From contig JAFUAL010000014.1 in the NCBI GenBank assembly GCA_017460745.1, forward strand, positions 924 to 64,923: 64,000 nucleotides of DNA. The letters run 5' to 3'. This document shows, in pieces, positions 1 to 11,562 of the stretch. This DNA comes from Bacilli bacterium. GTDB taxonomy: Bacteria > Bacillota_I > Bacilli_A > RF39 > UBA660. A program made the translations under genes and the position numbers. The notes under the pieces are model-generated. The model saw only the letters and a list, made by a program, of their open reading frames with translations. It had not been told where the DNA came from and made no database searches. The first letter of the stretch is position 1. Each line of letters opens with the position of its first letter.

Positions 1-2
1 AA

Positions 3-251
3 GGTTTAGCATCTGGAGTTTATACATTAGAAGAAACAGAGGCGCCAAGTGGATATGCTTTAAGTACTGAAAAAATAAAATTTACAGTTACAGAGGATAA
101 TAATATTACAAAGGTTGTTATGTACAACACTAAATTAATTAATATTCCAATAACAGATTTAAATATAAGTACAATGACGTTGACATTTGGTTCAATTATA
201 ACTTTCATGGGTGCTGGAATAATAGTATTTTATAAGAAGTTTTATATATAA
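3..251 (+). CDS. C-terminal fragment (5' end outside window) of a cell-surface repeat/adhesin-like protein with a C-terminal hydrophobic anchor
   Basis: Frame 3 is open from the window start to TAA at 249-251. Translation is GLASGVYTLEETEAPSGYAL...IPITDLNISTMTLTFGSIITFMGAGIIVFYKKFYI. The G-x-Y-x-L-x-E-T-x-A-P-x-G-Y motif is typical of Gram-positive SpaA/Cna-B-type surface-protein domains. The protein ends in a TM segment plus a basic tail. Confidence 0.5.
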   Translation, partial: GLASGVYTLEETEAPSGYALSTEKIKFTVTEDNNITKVVMYNTKLINIPITDLNISTMTLTFGSIITFMGAGIIVFYKKFYI

Positions 252-330
252 TAGGTAAAACATCAAATTGATGTTTTACTTTTTTTATAAAAAAGATCAA
301 AACTTTTATATTTTTAATTGTAAAAAATAA

Positions 331-1875
331 ATGTTTGTGATACCATATTATTATATGGAGGATTGTATGCAGGATAAAAAGGATAGAATTGAAGATAGTA
401 ATATAGATAATGAATTTATAGAATTACAAAAGACTAAAAAATCAAAGACTAATATCTCAGGCTTTATTTTGTTGTCTGTAATTACAACAGTTGGGGTTAT
501 GTTAGCCTTAGGTCTTTCTTTTTCAGCAATAAAGTTAATGGATTCAAATGAAACAATTAATACTTTGATATCAAGTTTAACTGGTGATGATAATCAAGAT
601 AAATATATAATTACTTATGTAGAGAGTACAGGAGACTTGGATGAATTTGGTAGAAATATAGGAAGTGGATCTATTTATATATCAAATGCAACTTTTTCAA
701 ATGCAGAAAATGGAGGAAGTGGTGAAGTAACTTATTTTGGTGGATTATTGTTAACAACTAAAACGACTTTTGATAATGCAAACTCTAAAATAACGTATGA
801 AGTTACATTGATGAATGGAACTAAAACACCAAAAACATTTCAAGGATTAATTTTTAACAATGATGGCAATGTCAAATATACTATTTCTGGAATAAAAGAA
901 GGAGATGTAATCAAAGCAGGTCAAAGTGTTAAAACTTATGTCACTGTTGAGTATGTTCCAAGTCAAGATGCTGGAAATAAAAATAATACAGAATTTCCAA
1001 AAACGATTGAATCATCAGCTGAATATAGTTTTGAACAATCAGATAAATCTTTGCATATAGAAAGTGCTGAGACTTATAAAACAACAAATGATGGAAAAGG
1101 TGAAGTAATATTTTATAATGGAATGATGTTAACAACTAAAACAACTTTACCAAATGATAAATCAACAGTAACTTATAAAATAACTATAAAAAATGATTCA
1201 ACAGAAGTAAAAACTTTTAATGGTTTAAATTATAATAAAGACTCAAACGTTAAATATACTATATCAGGAATTAAAGAGGGAGGAACAATTAATCCCGGTA
1301 GTAGTGCAGTTATTTATCTTGTAGTAGAGGGTAATGAAAATGCAAAATATCCTTTAACTGTAGAAACAACTGTAGAACTTGATTTTTCAGATTTTGGAGT
1401 AAGCACTCAAGAAACAGGTATTTATTTAACAAACCAATTTCCGACTAAGGATGAAGTTGGAAAAGAATTTGAAGGTACAAATTATGTTTATTCTTTTTCA
1501 CTTATTGTAGGAAGTAAAACAGTTGGTGCATATTATGAGATAACAGCTGTTCCAAGTGCTGATAATACTCTTAACCCAAATTATGTTAAAGTTTATATGG
1601 AAAAAAATAATAAAGGTGTAGATTTATCCTTTAGAAAAAATGGACGTGTAAAAGTATTTACAGAATATTCAAATAGCGAAAATGGAGCAGAAGGAAAAGT
1701 TATTTATAAGGGATATATTACTGAAGAAGATGCAGCAGTTGGTAAAATAAATTTTGTTATGCGCATGTGGATATCAGAAGATGTAAATTTATCAGATGAT
1801 AATTTAATGGATTATATGAATAAAAAATTTAGTGCAAAAGTTAATACATATGCAACTTTTACCGATAATAAATAA
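331..1875 (+). CDS. Membrane-anchored extracellular protein with two ~120-aa tandem internal repeats; function unknown
   Basis: 514-aa ORF with an N-terminal TM segment (FILLSVITTVGVMLALGLSF). Repeats: GEVTYFGGLLLTTKTT...YTISGIKEGDVI and GEVIFYNGMMLTTKTT...YTISGIKEGGTI. Start is uncertain (ATG 331, 355 or 367; GGAGGA at 357-362). Confidence 0.5.
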   Translation: MFVIPYYYMEDCMQDKKDRIEDSNIDNEFIELQKTKKSKTNISGFILLSVITTVGVMLALGLSFSAIKLMDSNETINTLISSLTGDDNQDKYIITYVESTGDLDEFGRNIGSGSIYISNATFSNAENGGSGEVTYFGGLLLTTKTTFDNANSKITYEVTLMNGTKTPKTFQGLIFNNDGNVKYTISGIKEGDVIKAGQSVKTYVTVEYVPSQDAGNKNNTEFPKTIESSAEYSFEQSDKSLHIESAETYKTTNDGKGEVIFYNGMMLTTKTTLPNDKSTVTYKITIKNDSTEVKTFNGLNYNKDSNVKYTISGIKEGGTINPGSSAVIYLVVEGNENAKYPLTVETTVELDFSDFGVSTQETGIYLTNQFPTKDEVGKEFEGTNYVYSFSLIVGSKTVGAYYEITAVPSADNTLNPNYVKVYMEKNNKGVDLSFRKNGRVKVFTEYSNSENGAEGKVIYKGYITEEDAAVGKINFVMRMWISEDVNLSDDNLMDYMNKKFSAKVNTYATFTDNK

Positions 1876-1893
1876 AAACGGTAGGTGATAAAA

Positions 1894-2496
1894 ATGGGTA
1901 TGAGTTTTGAACAAAAAACAACATGGCAAAAGATAAAATGGCTATTGAATTTTGTAACTACCGTATTAATGAATTCGATAATTGTTATTTTAGTTTTAAT
2001 TGGTATTATATTTTTGCTATATTACATTGATGTAGTGAAAAATTCTACTAATGGCAAATGGCAGCCACCGCTTTATCAAGCATATGTTATAGTTAGTCAA
2101 AGTATGGAACCAACGATTCATGTTCAGGATGCTATTGTTACGAAAAGAATGGATGATTATAAAATTGGAGACGTATGTACATATTTATCAAAAAATCCTA
2201 ACTTTTTTGGTGTAATGATTACTCATAGAATAATAGGTACAGATATTGATAAAGATGGCAATAAAGTTTATGTATTTAAGGGAGATAACAATTTTTCTGC
2301 TGATAACATGAATGTTGAAAAAGACCAGATATATGGTAAAGTTGTAATGAAGATACCAAAAATAGGTTATGTTCAATATTTCTTATCAAGCGCATCTGGT
2401 TGGATAATTGCAATAGTTATTCCATGTGTTGGTATAATAACACTTGACATATTAAAGTTGATAAATACGCTTAGAAAGAAAAAAAGAAGAGGTTAA
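1894..2496 (+). CDS. Signal peptidase I, SipW/archaeal-type (S26 family)
   Basis: SQSMEPTIHVQDAIV is the S26 catalytic Ser motif. N- and C-terminal TM segments are present and the size (~200 aa) is typical of SipW-like peptidases. RBS GGTAGGTG at 1881-1888. Confidence 0.7.
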   Translation: MGMSFEQKTTWQKIKWLLNFVTTVLMNSIIVILVLIGIIFLLYYIDVVKNSTNGKWQPPLYQAYVIVSQSMEPTIHVQDAIVTKRMDDYKIGDVCTYLSKNPNFFGVMITHRIIGTDIDKDGNKVYVFKGDNNFSADNMNVEKDQIYGKVVMKIPKIGYVQYFLSSASGWIIAIVIPCVGIITLDILKLINTLRKKKRRG

Positions 2497-2498
2497 AT

Positions 2499-3047
2499 AT
2501 GAAGAATAAAATATTAATTATTTGTGGATTTTTAGTCTTGACTATATTTATAGTTTTTAATACATTTACATGGTATACATATTTTACTAACGCAAGTAAT
2601 GGTTTTAATGTAAGTAATAATAGTAAATATTTAGAAACATCTGGTATAATTTTTCAAGATAATGGAAATAATGTTTATGACTCTAAAGCAGAAAGCTTAG
2701 AAGATGATAATATTGAAAGTGTTCCATCATATAACTTTAAAGTAACTAATACAAATAATCGAGCTGGAATATATAATTTGTATATTGAAGATTTACCAGT
2801 TAATATGATAAATGATGGTTGTACTGAGGATACGCTTCTGACACGTGATCAATTAAAATATCAATTTATAATGAATGGTGTTATAATTAAAGATGGTGTT
2901 ATGAATACAATAAATGATAATATACTTGATACTAGAGAAATAAGTGCAAATACAACAAATGATTATTCTTTGAAAATATATATTCATGATGAGGCACTTA
3001 ATTGGTTTGGCAAGCATTATCATTATAAAGTTACTATAAATAAATAG
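2499..3047 (+). CDS. Putative SipW-cognate secreted protein (TasA/camelysin-like class signal peptide)
   Basis: Lies immediately downstream of the SipW-type peptidase. The N-terminal hydrophobic region ends in TFTWYTYFTNAS, which resembles the SipW-dependent signal motif (GGTxAYFSD). Confidence 0.35.
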   Translation: MKNKILIICGFLVLTIFIVFNTFTWYTYFTNASNGFNVSNNSKYLETSGIIFQDNGNNVYDSKAESLEDDNIESVPSYNFKVTNTNNRAGIYNLYIEDLPVNMINDGCTEDTLLTRDQLKYQFIMNGVIIKDGVMNTINDNILDTREISANTTNDYSLKIYIHDEALNWFGKHYHYKVTINK

Positions 3048-3055
3048 GTGATTAA

Positions 3056-3724
3056 ATGAAAAAATTTATTAAAGATTATATAAAAATAATTTCAACAACT
3101 TTGATAGGATTAGTATTTGTTTTAGCAAGTTTTTACTTAATGATTAACTATAATCATAGTGAGGAAATCAAAAAACAAGTATATATAAGTTATAATGATT
3201 CAAGGTATCAAGAAGGACAAGAAATTTTAAGAAAAATTAATGATAATTTAGTTAAATTTCAAAATAATTCTAATAAAAGTAATGCTAAAGTATTGATGTA
3301 TAATAGCATCTTAAATTGTTATAATGTATTACAAAGTGAAGGAACATTCTTTACTTTAAAACCAGAGAAAAGTTATAGTTCATATGAAATATATGAATTA
3401 GGAGAAAATTTTCAAAGTAAATTAATTAATTCTTGCTATGTATTAAATCTTAGTTATTTAAAAACAGAGGATTTACCAAATGAGTTTAAAGATGTTGCTC
3501 CATTTGTTACTAGTTATGTTGATTCTATAAATGCAAATGTTCAAGATAGTTTAGCAGAGATTGAAAATAATAGTAGTTATTTTTATACAACAAATATTAC
3601 ATCAGCAACTATTAGAAATTATTTAAATAGTGACTATTCAACAATTGCTAATGCTTATATTGATTTTGCTAATATTATACTTAACTTATCCGAAAATATA
3701 AATAGTGTTGGGGAGGGAGTATAA
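3056..3724 (+). CDS. Hypothetical membrane-anchored protein
   Basis: 222-aa ORF with an N-terminal TM segment and an RBS. No recognisable domain. Confidence 0.4.
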   Translation: MKKFIKDYIKIISTTLIGLVFVLASFYLMINYNHSEEIKKQVYISYNDSRYQEGQEILRKINDNLVKFQNNSNKSNAKVLMYNSILNCYNVLQSEGTFFTLKPEKSYSSYEIYELGENFQSKLINSCYVLNLSYLKTEDLPNEFKDVAPFVTSYVDSINANVQDSLAEIENNSSYFYTTNITSATIRNYLNSDYSTIANAYIDFANIILNLSENINSVGEGV

Positions 3725-4209
3725 TGCTAAAGATATTAAACAAAATTATTTTACATTTAAAAAATATTATATTAATTCTTTTAGTTCCTGTAACTATCTA
3801 TATAGTAGGATATATGTTTGAAAGAATTGGAAAAGAAATGTTTGGAGAACATTTATTAGAATTTATCGATGTTTTGTTTCCGTTCATATTGTTAATTATT
3901 TTGAATTTAATTAATTTATTTGCTAAACAAGAAGAAGTAAAAGATAATTTTTATTATAATATAACATCACTTTTGTGTATGATAGTAATTTCTATATTTT
4001 GTTATAGAGCTTTAATGGATTCTAATATGTACTTTTTAAATAAGTATAAATATCATATTAATTTTAATTATTTTTCTGATCAAATAGCTCCAATTAAAGT
4101 AATGCTATATGGTTTATCAGTTAGTAATATCTTATTAATGATTTCAAATGCAATAAAGATAGAAAATAAAGAAATAAAAGAAACTAAAAAAGTGAATAAA
4201 TCAAAGTAA
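3724..4209 (+). CDS. Hypothetical polytopic membrane protein
   Basis: 161-aa ORF that is start-stop coupled to the previous gene. It has 4 predicted TM segments. Confidence 0.4.
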   Translation: MLKILNKIILHLKNIILILLVPVTIYIVGYMFERIGKEMFGEHLLEFIDVLFPFILLIILNLINLFAKQEEVKDNFYYNITSLLCMIVISIFCYRALMDSNMYFLNKYKYHINFNYFSDQIAPIKVMLYGLSVSNILLMISNAIKIENKEIKETKKVNKSK

Positions 4210-4237
4210 ATAAAAACATAATATCTTAGGTGATATT

Positions 4238-4834
4238 ATGTTTTATTTTATTATAAAGATTATTTTTTATTTGTTAATTATACTTAGTATATACTATTTT
4301 TTAAATAAACATGAAATAAAAATATTAGAAATTATTATTTTATTATTTATTTTTAATATATGTATTTATTCTATGAACAATAATATTAGTATTATATATA
4401 CTTTAATAACATCTTTAATAATTTTATTAAGTTATTATTTGTATAATTATTTATATAATACAAGTATAAATAAGAAAATAACTAATGATAATGTTATTAT
4501 TAATCGTGGTATAATTAATTTTAATAGTTTAATAAAAGAAAAAATTAGTTATGATAATTTGATATATGAATTAAAAAAGAAGGGGATAGATAATCCAAGT
4601 CTTGTTGATTATTGTATTAGAAAAAATAATGAATTTATTATTTTTAAGAAAAATAGTATTAGAAATTATCCAATTAGTTTAATAATTGATGGAAATATTT
4701 TAAAGGATAATTTATTTAGTATAAATAAAAGCTTAGAATGGATGAATCAAAAAATTATGGAAAATAGTTTAGAACTTAAAGATATTAATTATGCCTATTT
4801 TAAAAATAAAGAGATATATTTTATTACTAATTAG
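4238..4834 (+). CDS. Hypothetical membrane protein with a soluble C-terminal domain
   Basis: 198-aa ORF with an N-terminal TM bundle and a C-terminal ~100-aa soluble region. Confidence 0.35.
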   Translation: MFYFIIKIIFYLLIILSIYYFLNKHEIKILEIIILLFIFNICIYSMNNNISIIYTLITSLIILLSYYLYNYLYNTSINKKITNDNVIINRGIINFNSLIKEKISYDNLIYELKKKGIDNPSLVDYCIRKNNEFIIFKKNSIRNYPISLIIDGNILKDNLFSINKSLEWMNQKIMENSLELKDINYAYFKNKEIYFITN

Positions 4835-4845
4835 TATTAATAGAA

Positions 4846-4875
4846 AAAGTAGCAAGTTTATCTTGTTATTTTTTT
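4846..4875 (+). terminator. Probable intrinsic terminator after the membrane-protein gene cluster
   Basis: agcaag-tttat-cttgtt hairpin (one G-U pair) followed by a T8 run. Confidence 0.35.
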
Positions 4876-4898
4876 CTTTAACCTGTATAATATTGTAG

Positions 4899-7064
<2,166 letters not shown>

Positions 7065-7068
<4 letters not shown>

Positions 7069-7793
7069 AAATAATAAAATATGAAAGAAGTAAAAAAAAT
7101 AAGTATAAAGTATACTTAGAAGATGGTGAATTTGTAGAATTATATGAAGATATTATTTTAAAACATGAGTTACTTTTTAAAAAAAATATAACTGATATCG
7201 AAAAAATAAAAAAAGAAAATGATGATTATAAACTATATATTAAAACTCTTGAATATATTAATAAACGTATTAGGTGTGAAAGTGAGATTAGAATTTATTT
7301 AAAAAAATATACGAGTGATTCAAATTTAATAGATGAAATAGTAAAAAAATTATATGATAAAAAATTATTAGATGATGCTCTTTATATAAAAAGTTATATA
7401 AATGATAAAATTAATTTTACAAATGATGGACCAATTAAGATAAAAAAGAATTTAACTGATTTAGAAATTGATACATTTTTGATTGATGATTTACTTTTAA
7501 TTTTTGATGAAAAATTAGAACTTGAAAGAATAGAAAATTATGTTAATAAAAATTTAAAAACTAATAAAAAAAGTTTATATTTATTTAAACAAAAGATGTT
7601 TATTAATTTAGTAAATTTAGGATATAATAGAGATACTATCATGAGTTTTTTAGATAAAATAAATTTTTCTGAATCAAATCTAAAAGAAAAAGAAGAAGAC
7701 AAGTTAAGAAAAAAATATTCTAAAAAGTATGAGGGTAAAGAACTTGATTATTTTATAAAAAGAAAATTATATGAAAAAGGATTTAGAGATTAA
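7065..7793 (+). CDS. recX: Regulatory protein RecX
   Basis: The N-terminus MKIIKYERSKKNKYKVYLEDGEFVELYEDIILKHEL and the repeated helical modules are typical of RecX. Confidence 0.65.
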
Positions 7794-7925
7794 CATTAAT
7801 TAATTTGATCATTTTATGTAAATAAATAATATAGATTATTTTGAAAATATGTACAAAACAATCTATATTTTTTTTTAATTATGTGATAAAATATTACCAT
7901 AATAGGTATAATAAAGGTGATGAAA

Positions 7926-9365
7926 ATGAAAAAAACAATTTTATTATTAGTAAATGGATTTGGAGTTGAAAAAAAGAATTCATATTCAATCTATGATGAT
8001 TCTTTAATGCCTACATTTGCTGAATTATCTAAAAAATACTTATTTTCTAATAATTCAGTTATTTCTAAAGTTAATAATATATATGATGCATATCGTAATG
8101 TTTCAATGAATATAAATGAACCATATAATTACAGCATACTTGATTCAGAAATAGAAGATAGAAAATTAGGAAATAATGAAATTTTATTAAAAGTTAAAAA
8201 TGACTTTGATACTAAAAATGGTAATTTGCATTTCTTTTGTTTAGTAGATACAAGTTTGAAGATTGTTGATCATTTAAAATATATTTTAAAAACAATTAAC
8301 CCTAATTCAAAAAAGAAAATATTTCTTCATTTAATAATATCATCTAATAGCATTGAGGATTACAAATATTTAACTGATGTATTTAGTCATATAAATATGG
8401 ATTTGGCCGGGTATGCGGAAATTGGTTTTATTTTGGGACTTAATTCCATATCAAATGATGCTAAACAAGTTGATATGAACTTTTTCTTTAGAATGTTTAT
8501 TTCTAAAGTAGGAGAAAAATGGCAATCATTTACTCAAAAGTTTGATGTTTTATATGCGATGAAAACATTACCATATGATACTAAACCATTTATAGTTAAT
8601 TCTAATTTTAGTTTAGAAATGAATGATACATTCTTTATTTATAATTATGATAATGTAGATTTAACTAATTTTATAACTACTTTATCTAATATTAGTTATG
8701 GAGAAAATAAAAATAACTATACATATTATTCTTTATTTCCAGTTATTAGTAATATGAATATTTCTCATATTTATGAAAGTATAACTGCGAAGAGATCACT
8801 TGCAACAAACCTTGAAACACTTGGAGCAAAGGCACTTATTTTTTGTAATGCAAATCAAGTTAATATATTTAATTACTTTTGTAATGGATTAAAAAATGAA
8901 CAAAATGAAACTTTATCATTTGTTGATATAAAACCAATAGAAAATAATCCAGAAGTAATATTTAGTACAATAGAAAAAATGGATAGAGAATTAACTATTA
9001 TAAATTATAATTTAGATGAAGCAAGTACAACTACTGAAATAAAAGATAAGTTGAAAATGGTTGATAATTTATTAAAAGTACTTGAAACTAATAGAAATGG
9101 AAATAGATATACAGTTATTTTATCTAGTTTGTATGGAATGGTTAAGTCAGTTAAAAATGAAAATGATGTTGTATCTAATGTAATATTTTCCAATGAATTA
9201 CCATTTTTGTATATAGATGATTTTCTAACTAAAAAAGATTATTTAATAACAAGTGGTTCGATTAATGATATTATAAATAGTTGTTATAAAAGTTTAAATG
9301 AAAGAGTAAAATGCAATTCTTTAGTTGAAAGAAAAAATAGTTTATATAAATTGTTCTTTAAATAG
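7926..9365 (+). CDS. Cofactor-independent phosphoglycerate mutase (iPGM) homologue lacking catalytic motifs (probable pseudo-enzyme)
   Basis: The N-terminus LLLVNGFGVEKKNSY aligns with iPGM LIILDGFGLRxET, and GNLHFFCLVDTS aligns with LHLFGLLSDGGVHS. The MGNSEVGH catalytic Ser segment is absent, and the metal-ligand positions are substituted (D to N; DGRD to SSNS). Confidence 0.45.
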   Translation: MKKTILLLVNGFGVEKKNSYSIYDDSLMPTFAELSKKYLFSNNSVISKVNNIYDAYRNVSMNINEPYNYSILDSEIEDRKLGNNEILLKVKNDFDTKNGNLHFFCLVDTSLKIVDHLKYILKTINPNSKKKIFLHLIISSNSIEDYKYLTDVFSHINMDLAGYAEIGFILGLNSISNDAKQVDMNFFFRMFISKVGEKWQSFTQKFDVLYAMKTLPYDTKPFIVNSNFSLEMNDTFFIYNYDNVDLTNFITTLSNISYGENKNNYTYYSLFPVISNMNISHIYESITAKRSLATNLETLGAKALIFCNANQVNIFNYFCNGLKNEQNETLSFVDIKPIENNPEVIFSTIEKMDRELTIINYNLDEASTTTEIKDKLKMVDNLLKVLETNRNGNRYTVILSSLYGMVKSVKNENDVVSNVIFSNELPFLYIDDFLTKKDYLITSGSINDIINSCYKSLNERVKCNSLVERKNSLYKLFFK

Positions 9366-9373
9366 GAGTTGTT

Positions 9374-10774
9374 ATGTATAAGTTTTTAATAACTTTAAAA
9401 AAAATAGGATTTTTGTATATTCCTGTTACTATATTAGTAATAATTTTAAGCTTATTATTTAAAATAGATATTTTATTAGTATTAAAATTTATATTTAGTT
9501 CAATTTTAATAATATTTGGAGTTAGTTTTTACTTAATTGGATATGATTTAAGTTATTTAAAGATAAGTGATAAAATTTGCAATAATTTATTAAAAAAGAA
9601 AAATATTTATTATATGCTTGGAATATCTTTTCTAATATCCTTTTTTTTAATTATATTTGAACCTGAAATATTGAAAGTTTCATATTCTAATATTAGTTTA
9701 TTAATTATATTATCTTTAAGTATTAGTTTCTTTTTTATATTATCACTTATTAGAATATTAAGTAAATCTAATTATAAGTATTACTTAATTATTTCTTATA
9801 TTATTGTATTTTTACTTATGAATTTAACGGATAAAGAAATTATTCCTTTTGTTTTAGAAAGAAGTACTTTGATGCTAGGACTAGTATCAGCTCCTTTCTT
9901 ACTTACAATGGGGCTTAGTTTATCAAAGAGGAAAAAAAATAAAAATAGTAATCAAACTAGTTTTGGTATACTTGGTCTTTCATCAATTGGACCTATGATT
10001 GTGTTTTTAATAATAGGAATGTTTTATAAAATAGATACAAATAATATTCAAAATATTAACTTTATTTATAGTCTATTATATATTTTAATTTCTTTGGTTA
10101 TACTTTTTATAGTTTATTTAGTTTTTTTAAGATTTAATATTAAAAGAAATAAAAAACAAATATTAATAGTTATCAAAGGATTAATACTAGTTTTCTTGGG
10201 TATTAGTTTGTTTTTAGTAGGTGCAAATAATTATTATGAATTTGCAAGTATTTTAGGAAGTAAATTAAGTAGTTATCATACTATTCAAATTGCAATAGTA
10301 ATGTTTATTTTTTCATTCTTTATTATTAGAGTTGAGCCGTCATTTAATTTCTTAATGAATTATGTTGTTGATGTTACAAGTGGTGGTATCAAAGATAAAT
10401 TTTTGGAATTATTTTTAGGAATAGGAGCAAGTCTTGCTTTAATAATTTCAGTTTATATAGTTAAAAATAATTTAGAAATTATGGAATTTTTAATACCTAG
10501 TTTCTTTTTAGCAATTTTGTTGTCATTTTTTACACCTAATAAGTTTTTAGGAATAGCCTTTGATTCTCTTGGTGCGATTATAGGAACTATTTCTTCGACA
10601 TTTTTCATACCATTTTTACTTGGATTAAATAGTAGTGCAAATACAATTGGATTACTTGCATTTATTGGAATTGTTCCAGTTATATTTTTAGAACTTGCTG
10701 GTTTTATTTACGAAAAAGAAGTGATACTTCATGATTATAATAGTTTAGATGAAGGAATAGTTGATTATGATTAA
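9374..10774 (+). CDS. DUF1538-family polytopic membrane protein
   Basis: 466 aa with ~12 TM segments. Paired with a downstream P-II-like gene, as is typical for DUF1538. Confidence 0.55.
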   Translation: MYKFLITLKKIGFLYIPVTILVIILSLLFKIDILLVLKFIFSSILIIFGVSFYLIGYDLSYLKISDKICNNLLKKKNIYYMLGISFLISFFLIIFEPEILKVSYSNISLLIILSLSISFFFILSLIRILSKSNYKYYLIISYIIVFLLMNLTDKEIIPFVLERSTLMLGLVSAPFLLTMGLSLSKRKKNKNSNQTSFGILGLSSIGPMIVFLIIGMFYKIDTNNIQNINFIYSLLYILISLVILFIVYLVFLRFNIKRNKKQILIVIKGLILVFLGISLFLVGANNYYEFASILGSKLSSYHTIQIAIVMFIFSFFIIRVEPSFNFLMNYVVDVTSGGIKDKFLELFLGIGASLALIISVYIVKNNLEIMEFLIPSFFLAILLSFFTPNKFLGIAFDSLGAIIGTISSTFFIPFLLGLNSSANTIGLLAFIGIVPVIFLELAGFIYEKEVILHDYNSLDEGIVDYD

Positions 10775-11396
10775 ATTATTAGTTGTTATTTATAATAAAG
10801 AAAAAAGATTAAAATTAATTTTTCAAAAGTATAATTTAAATTATAAAGTAGTTTCAAATGCAACAGGAACAGCTAATAGTAAAATACTAGAATATTTAGG
10901 TTTAAATGGAATTAAAAAAAATGTTTATTATACTTTAATTGATAGTGCTATGGAAGATTATATTTTTAATGATTTGAAACTTTGGTGTAATATTAATAAA
11001 AAAGGTATGGGAATAGGTTTTACAATTAGTTTGTCAAGTTCTAGTAAATTTATTAAAGATAGTTTAGAAAGTGGAGATATTAAAATGAACAGTAATAAAA
11101 AAAATTATGAACTTATTGTTACCATCGTAAGTACAGGTTTTAGTGATGAAGTAATGCAAGCATCTCTTGCCGAGGGGTGTAGTGGTGGAACAGTTATAAA
11201 AGGTCGAAGCATTGGAAGTCATGGAACAATGTTTTTAGATATATCGCTTGAACCTGAGAAAGAAATAGTTTTAAATATTGTGCCAACTACTATAAAAAAA
11301 CAGGTTATGGAACGTATTACAAAAGAATGTGGAATAAAAACTGAAGCAAGAGGAGTAGTTATTTCTATGCCGCTTGATAATGTGGTAGGAATCTAA
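10761..11396 (+). CDS. P-II (GlnB-like) family protein with tandem domains; partner of DUF1538
   Basis: The C-terminal half GGTVIKGRSIGSHGTMF...ARGVVISMPLD matches the P-II fold signature. It overlaps the upstream membrane-protein gene by 14 nt. Confidence 0.5.
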   Translation: MIMIKLLVVIYNKEKRLKLIFQKYNLNYKVVSNATGTANSKILEYLGLNGIKKNVYYTLIDSAMEDYIFNDLKLWCNINKKGMGIGFTISLSSSSKFIKDSLESGDIKMNSNKKNYELIVTIVSTGFSDEVMQASLAEGCSGGTVIKGRSIGSHGTMFLDISLEPEKEIVLNIVPTTIKKQVMERITKECGIKTEARGVVISMPLDNVVGI

Positions 11397-11510
11397 AATT
11401 ATTTTTCTAAAATTGTGGTAAAATATGTCGAATATTAAAAAAAGTATGTAACTTTAAGTATAAAAAGTTTACATATTTTTTCTTTATTCAAATTGTTTGA
11501 TACATTAAAT

Positions 11511-11539
11511 TTGACAAAAATGCCACTTTGTGCTATAAT
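11511..11539 (+). promoter_or_regulatory. Consensus sigma-A promoter for the L,D-transpeptidase gene
   Basis: TTGACA, a 17-nt spacer, then TGcTATAAT (extended -10). It lies ~25 nt upstream of the RBS AAGGGGGA. Confidence 0.6.
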
Positions 11540-11562
11540 ATTAGCGATAAAAGGGGGATAAT

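Noticed and set aside
941-1135. The minus-strand 60-99-aa ORFs in the six-frame track that sit inside larger +-strand genes (e.g. 941-1135, 5486-5785, 18934-19164, 40595-40798, 45512-45736, 57543-57776)
   Set aside because: Each is antisense to a well-supported gene, has no RBS and has low-complexity AT-frame composition. They are treated as spurious.
7926-9365. Annotating this ORF as a functional phosphoglycerate mutase (gpmI)
   Set aside because: The catalytic Ser segment and several metal ligands are missing, so only iPGM-like homology is claimed.
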